64,000 nt of DNA from Neophaeotheca triangularis (lineage: Eukaryota), in the NCBI GenBank assembly GCA_054600435.1, contig BAAIJX010000015.1, positions 124,001-188,000 on the forward strand. The letters run 5' to 3'. The translations under genes were made by a program, and so were the position numbers. The notes below the pieces were generated by a model. It had not been told where the DNA came from. It saw only the letters and a program-made list of their open reading frames with translations, and did no database searches. Below, one piece after another: positions 58,670 to 64,000 of this stretch; the stretch's first letter is position 1; each line of letters begins with the position of its first letter.

Positions 58670-60666
58670 ATGGCGAGCAAAAAGCGCAAGCAAGCCAACG
58701 CCGAAGCGAAGGCAGCAGAACCCGAGCATTCTGCCCGAGACCAGCAGTCACCTCAGAACTCCTCTCAAGAAAATTCCCGCCATGCGTCTGAGCAGCCTTC
58801 TCCCGAGGTAAGAAGCACAGTTGACGTCGCGTTGCACTTCACTCCACTTCTAACATCTAAACTTAGCCGTCTCCAGAGCCAGTCTCCAAGAAGAAAGCCC
58901 GGAAGCTAAAGGGGCCAAGGCCCTCAGTAGAGTACGTCGAGGTCGACTCTGACGAGGAAGATGCCTTGCAAAGGAACCAACTCAAAGGCGCCGGCAAAGG
59001 CTTGAGCATGGCCAACATGCTCAATCCATCCGCGGTGACGGTCTCGATCGAGGATGACGAGGACGACGAGGAAGCCCCGACTCGGCCGACCGCCACTAGA
59101 CGCCAGACCAGGTCTTCTCTCGGCGACGCTGCACCACGTGCCGACTTCTCGTACGACATGAAGTGGCATCCAATGGACATTGTTACGAGACCAGCACAGG
59201 CAGCTCGTCGCGGCTTGGCTACCCGATCACTCACATCCTCGAGAGGAAGACTAGATTCGTACGAGACCAGCCCGGAGAGTACCCCTACCCTTGCAGACGA
59301 TGAAGAGAAGGACGATGAGGATGAAGAGCATAGCGATCTTGCAGCGTCGCAAATGCCCAAGGAGAGGGAGGCAGATCCAAAAGCCATGCGGGTATCTACC
59401 CGGGCAGGCGCACGGAAGATGGTCAACTACAACCGTAAAATTCACCCTCAGGACAGTTATCTCCTCGACACCCGCAAGCGAGGGAGCTCGTCAACCCCTC
59501 AAAATGAACCGTTGAAGGAGAAGAAGAAGAAGCGATCAAGCGAGCCGATCATACAGAACTCCAGCCGAAGATCGCGAGCGAGACAGCCGTCCATCAAGAA
59601 GTCGCAGAAGACCCAACAGGCCATCCATATGGGGTCTCCTATCCCACTCTCATCGCCGGCGGCAGATGCAGACTCACCGCAGGACGCAGATGCGGACAGA
59701 AATCCAGGCTTCAAAATGTCGGGTGCACTCGCCCAGGAAGGCGACGACGATCTTCCCCAGTCCCCGACCCCGGCAAGGTCGTTGGACCGTCCGCAAACGA
59801 CACAAGCTCACATTGACCCCGACGAGGATGGGGATGAGAAAAAGGACAATGAGCAAGAGAACGAGGTGAATGAGGGGGGAGTGTTGCATCAAGAACAGAG
59901 TGATGATGACGACTTCCTCAACGCATTCGAGTCGGTTGCAGACGAGAACATCCAGCTGGAGGCCGAAGATCTTGCCGAGCCTGGCGATGGCAGCACGAGC
60001 GAAGAAGACAGCCTTTCGCAAGACCCAGCGACACCGAACAGACAGTCTGGCCTTGGCCACACCTCTGATGCCGGCGGCAGCAATCTGAGTGAAAGCGATG
60101 CCGAAATCCTGGGCTTTGCTGGATTATTCGAGAACAAACCTATCCTCAGCCAACGGCCACGTGTCTTGGCACCCATAGGACCCAACGTCATCAGGCACAA
60201 CACGCAGCCCAACATGCTTACCGACCAGAAGCCTTTCAAAAGCCGTGGTCCGCAGAGTCCTGTAAGAACGTCCTCCCGCACTCTGTCAAACTACAGCAGC
60301 ACAGCACCGCCAACGAAGCATCACCTATACGAGTCGGCATTGCGATTTGCCGGGACTGGCGCTCCTCACAAGACCACGACTATGGCAGATCATTCCGTCG
60401 ATCGAACTTTCGAACCATCCACACACTTTACAGCCACAACCCCGACCACGATGGCCGAGCTCGATCTTCCTTCTTCCCACATGCCATCGCCGGAAAGGAA
60501 CCCTCCCTCGATCTTTGGCAACGGCCGTGACCTTGACGAAGAGAATATGTTCTTGGATTCTGCAGCGAGCAGTGGCAACGCTAACTTAGACCTTGCTCTC
60601 GCCGCTGCCAACGCCGCCGGTGGGATTACAGCATATGCTGCTCCTCCCTCGGGTCAGGGGCATTGA
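58670..60666 (+). CDS. Hypothetical low-complexity, probably nuclear protein; intron 58808-58866
   Basis: MASKKRKQ start; a GTAAGA...CTAA...TAG intron joins the two ORFs in phase; YDMKWHPMD and YNRKIHPQD motifs; basic NLS-like runs. Confidence 0.7.
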
Positions 60667-61291
60667 GTAGGCCGGGCTTCGGGTTGATTGGTTTGAGACG
60701 AGCTCATGAATCTGCAATAAAGCGCTGTTCGCAGAAACCCTTTGCGTGAATTGCCAGAACAATTGAGACGGACAGCGATTGCTGAGAGCGCACGCGCGTT
60801 AATGAGGTTTTAGAACAGAGGACGTTTGCACATGGTCTCCAGTAGCTAGCAAAGGGTCACTTACATATAGACCCCATATCCGTTGTCATCTTACCTCAGA
60901 TTACTGGGCAATTTTCGCACAAAGGAAGTGATGAAGGGTAGAAAGACTGTAAATTTGTTCTCACGCATTGCAATTACTACGTAGTCTCCTCTAACTGTGC
61001 CGACTCATGCGTCTCTCAGCCCAAGTACCGCCATGCTTTGTAGAACCCACGCCCTCGTTAAGCATTTGCGAAGCGAGTACCATCAGCAATCCACGCTCAA
61101 GAACGCACCAAAGCACGCGTAAGAAAACCCGCCATGAACGCAATCTTTCGCACGGCATCTCTCCTTCTCCGACCTTGCGCGTTGTGCTGTGTAACAGCAC
61201 TCAATCTCCGTTCCTTCGCACAACCGTATCCATTAATCCCTCGTACTAATCGTCCCTCGACCCCTCGAAGGTAATCGCCAGCGCTCCCTCC

Positions 61292-64000
61292 TTACGCAGC
61301 AATAGCGGCACCGGCACCTCCGCGTCCACGTCCACGCCCACGGTACCCTCCACGACTCGATCTCTCTCCCTTGGGAGGCTTGGCCCACTGGGTCTTTTTT
61401 GGCTCACTGGAGTTCGATGGCGGACTCTGTTCGGAAGCCTGGGTCTCAGTCGTGGAAGCATTTGCCGCCGCAGCAGCAGCCGCAGCAGCCGCTTCGGCTT
61501 GTTGAGCCTCGATTCGCTTGTGTGGCGGGAGTCTCTGCGTCGTTCCGGTGGCTGGCGGGGTGGTTGTGGCGACGTTGGGCTTAACCGGTTTGCTGCCAGC
61601 GGCTGTGGAAGTGCTTGGCGAGGCGGGGATGCTGGAGTCTTTGTTGTTGCTGGCTTTCTTGCCCTTTTTCTCAGATTTGGGCTGCTTAGGAGACGGACGA
61701 GGTGTCTTGATGAATTTGGCTGGACCGGTCTCTGGCAAGCGGACGAAGATACCGTGAGTGCCCCTGACGAACACGTCACGGACGGCCGATATATCCGGCC
61801 TACTCTGTGTGTCAGCTGGGTTCAAGGACTTGGGGCTCGGGCCCAGCTCGAGCATATTGTGCGGAGTCATAGCGTCCACATCTTGAGCGTACTGTGGGTT
61901 GATGGGGATATAGATTTGCGGCAGCGAACCGAAGCTCAGTTCCTCGTTGAACATCTGCTCCATGGTCGGCTTCGAAACGACATCTTCGCTTTCATCGATC
62001 ACAAAGCCTTCGGCCGTCTTTGGCTTCAGCACAAGAGGCAAGGAGACGGTGTAGCTGGGACGCGCAGGAGTCTCGTCCATGACCGCTTTCGTAGAGCTCG
62101 TAACAGCGAGGGCAGGGTCCTGATTCTTAGGCGGGGTTCTGGGAGGCGATGGAGGCGCTTCTGCCTGAACGGTAGCACGGCCGAAGAGTCCGTTAAACCG
62201 CTTCTGCCATTCTGCGTTCTGGGCGATGGGACCGGACAAGCCCATTGGACGGTTGACAACAACGTGGCGTTGGGGTGGCAGTGCCGGGTTGTACTGCTGG
62301 GTGGGCGCTACAACGGCCGAATTCTCGGGCGCAGGCGGAAGCTTGACCGTAGGCTTCTGAGGAGGAAGCTTGACGTTGATGCGTCCGCCCTCGGTGCTAT
62401 TGACTGGGTGGCTGGACGTCTCTGGAGGCGGTGGCGAGGTCGCTCTAGCTTGAATAGGAGCAGCTGGTGCCGCACTATACCCCAGACTACCTTGCACCTT
62501 CGGTTGTTGGCGACCAAATCCGGGAGGCGCGATAGGTGCTTGAGGCTGTACCGCCACTCCACCGTGTGCTGGATTTTGCGAGGGGTCAGGCATGCGTACT
62601 GTGTTGCTGAGTTCACCAGTGGGCTTGACGTTGACTGGAGACGCAGTCGTGGACGTGAATGGTCCGGGCGGCTGTGTTTCAGAGACGGGCGCTGCGGGTG
62701 GGTCTGGGCTGAATGAGTCGACCTTGCGCGAGCCATGCTCGTCGTGAACTGAGTATTCGACTTTCTCAGTCCTCCTAGGACCACCAAGTCTGGTCGGTGG
62801 CTTTGTCTGCTTGAATGTTGTGCGGATGACGTCCGGTGGACCAGGAGACTCGGCTCTTTGCGCGCGTGACGCGCGAGCTGCATCTTCGAGCTCTTGAGGC
62901 AGTCTGGTGGCGGCACTGTTCCAAGCAGACACTGGATCGGGCCTCTGCACTGGTGGCTGTGTGCGCGATGGTGGAGCAATCGGTCCCGGCACATGCGCTT
63001 GACGTCCCATCCCGGGACCAGGTGAGATACCGCTGACCCTAGCATGGCTGTTGAAAACATCGGGCTGGGAATCGATGCTGGGTGGGCCAAAAGGACGAGG
63101 CTCAGGCTGCGAGTGCTGCAGCGGTGAAAGCGATTGTTGAGCATATACAGAGTTAGAGATCCGTGTCGCCTGTGGCGGGCGAACTCCAATAGGCGGTGGC
63201 AGAGAGGCGCCCTGTGGGACGTAGTTGGTGGTGGTGCCGAAGGTACCATTGCCAATACCAGATGAGCCCCAGACGTTGCTGCTGCGCGACGGCCAAGGCG
63301 ATAGAGGTGCGTCGTTGCTCCCCAGAGTCGGACGGCCAAGGGGTTGAGACTTCCGTTCGGATGCAGGGCCAGGAGATGAGATGGCCGACACGGGCTGTTT
63401 GTATGGCGAAGATTGTTGCTGAAGACCAGAACGCGGAACTGCCTCACCAAGCGATGACTGGCGTTGCACCTCATCGGCAGAAGGCGCCTTGCGCGAAAGA
63501 AGGTTTGATTCCTGGGGCTTGGACGGTATAGGTGACGGCAGCGCAACATCGTCTGGAACTGGCTGCTTCAGATCCGATGCTGGCCTGGTAGTTTCGACTG
63601 TAGTCGACACTGGTGCCTGAGCCTGTAGAGGCTGAGCGACTTCTGCTGAGCCCTCTTGCGTCAAGCTCGGCTCCGGATATTGCTCATTCGTAGTGGACGT
63701 TTTGGCTGCTTCAGCCTCGGCTTGTCGCTCAGCCCTGGATTTACCAGCATTTGCGAGAGCTGCCATCTTGGCCTCGATTCTCTTCTTCCTTTCAGCGGCT
63801 TCTTTCTCCTCGTCTTCCTGTCTCCTCTTCCTAGCCGCCGTAGTCTTTTCCTTCATGAGGCGTTGCTGCTTCTCGTATGGATCTTCCTCGGGCTCAGTCT
63901 CCTGGGGTGGTGGTGGCGGCATTTGCTGCTGCCAAGCGCTTTGCTGGGGGAATTTGGGATTGGGTGCCTCCGTAGCGTGTGGAGAGCGTAGATCTTGTGT
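61292..64000 (-). CDS. Large Pro/Ser/Gln-rich hypothetical protein, 3' part (start beyond right edge)
   Basis: The frame of the 876-aa ORF stays open to base 64000; charged coiled coil, WQKRFNGLF and EELSFGSLP blocks, RGG tail. Confidence 0.8.
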   Translation of the reverse strand, partial: TQDLRSPHATEAPNPKFPQQSAWQQQMPPPPPQETEPEEDPYEKQQRLMKEKTTAARKRRQEDEEKEAAERKKRIEAKMAALANAGKSRAERQAEAEAAKTSTTNEQYPEPSLTQEGSAEVAQPLQAQAPVSTTVETTRPASDLKQPVPDDVALPSPIPSKPQESNLLSRKAPSADEVQRQSSLGEAVPRSGLQQQSSPYKQPVSAISSPGPASERKSQPLGRPTLGSNDAPLSPWPSRSSNVWGSSGIGNGTFGTTTNYVPQGASLPPPIGVRPPQATRISNSVYAQQSLSPLQHSQPEPRPFGPPSIDSQPDVFNSHARVSGISPGPGMGRQAHVPGPIAPPSRTQPPVQRPDPVSAWNSAATRLPQELEDAARASRAQRAESPGPPDVIRTTFKQTKPPTRLGGPRRTEKVEYSVHDEHGSRKVDSFSPDPPAAPVSETQPPGPFTSTTASPVNVKPTGELSNTVRMPDPSQNPAHGGVAVQPQAPIAPPGFGRQQPKVQGSLGYSAAPAAPIQARATSPPPPETSSHPVNSTEGGRINVKLPPQKPTVKLPPAPENSAVVAPTQQYNPALPPQRHVVVNRPMGLSGPIAQNAEWQKRFNGLFGRATVQAEAPPSPPRTPPKNQDPALAVTSSTKAVMDETPARPSYTVSLPLVLKPKTAEGFVIDESEDVVSKPTMEQMFNEELSFGSLPQIYIPINPQYAQDVDAMTPHNMLELGPSPKSLNPADTQSRPDISAVRDVFVRGTHGIFVRLPETGPAKFIKTPRPSPKQPKSEKKGKKASNNKDSSIPASPSTSTAAGSKPVKPNVATTTPPATGTTQRLPPHKRIEAQQAEAAAAAAAAAANASTTETQASEQSPPSNSSEPKKTQWAKPPKGERSSRGGYRGRGRGRGGAGAAIAA

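Overview
Gene-dense eukaryotic (filamentous ascomycete) genomic DNA. Short GT-AG introns with CTAAC/CTGAC branch sites and the protein sequences suggest a Dothideomycete-like fungus (inference). The first ~6 kb is an accessory-looking block of three F-box-like genes: an intact ORF running off the left edge (missed by the ORF track), a tandem paralog pseudogenised by in-frame stops, and an intronless orphan bracketed by similar T-run/G-run motifs. The rest is mostly housekeeping genes, often in head-to-head pairs: CCT1, Bud3-like RhoGEF, SEC1/SUV3, POA1/RIP1, BCP1/GUA1, Pol delta p12, GAL10, a folylpolyglutamate synthase, a SUN-domain protein, a Git3/Gpr1-type GPCR, YUH1/PI31, a C2H2 transcription factor, RPN1/RIO2, a SET-domain protein, a PNPOx-like protein and three low-complexity hypotheticals. 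No rRNA, tRNA, CRISPR or intact transposon was seen. The best leads are readable cis-regulatory sites (CBC:HapX motif before RIP1; RFX X-box plus paired MCB before Pol delta p12; TATCGATAAG in two bidirectional promoters), a ubiquitin-proteasome gene neighbourhood (YUH1/PI31/RPN1), F-box birth-and-death, a possible dual-targeted FPGS, and a long in-frame extension beyond the TF stop codon. I found no unambiguous novel system; all leads need database or expression checks.
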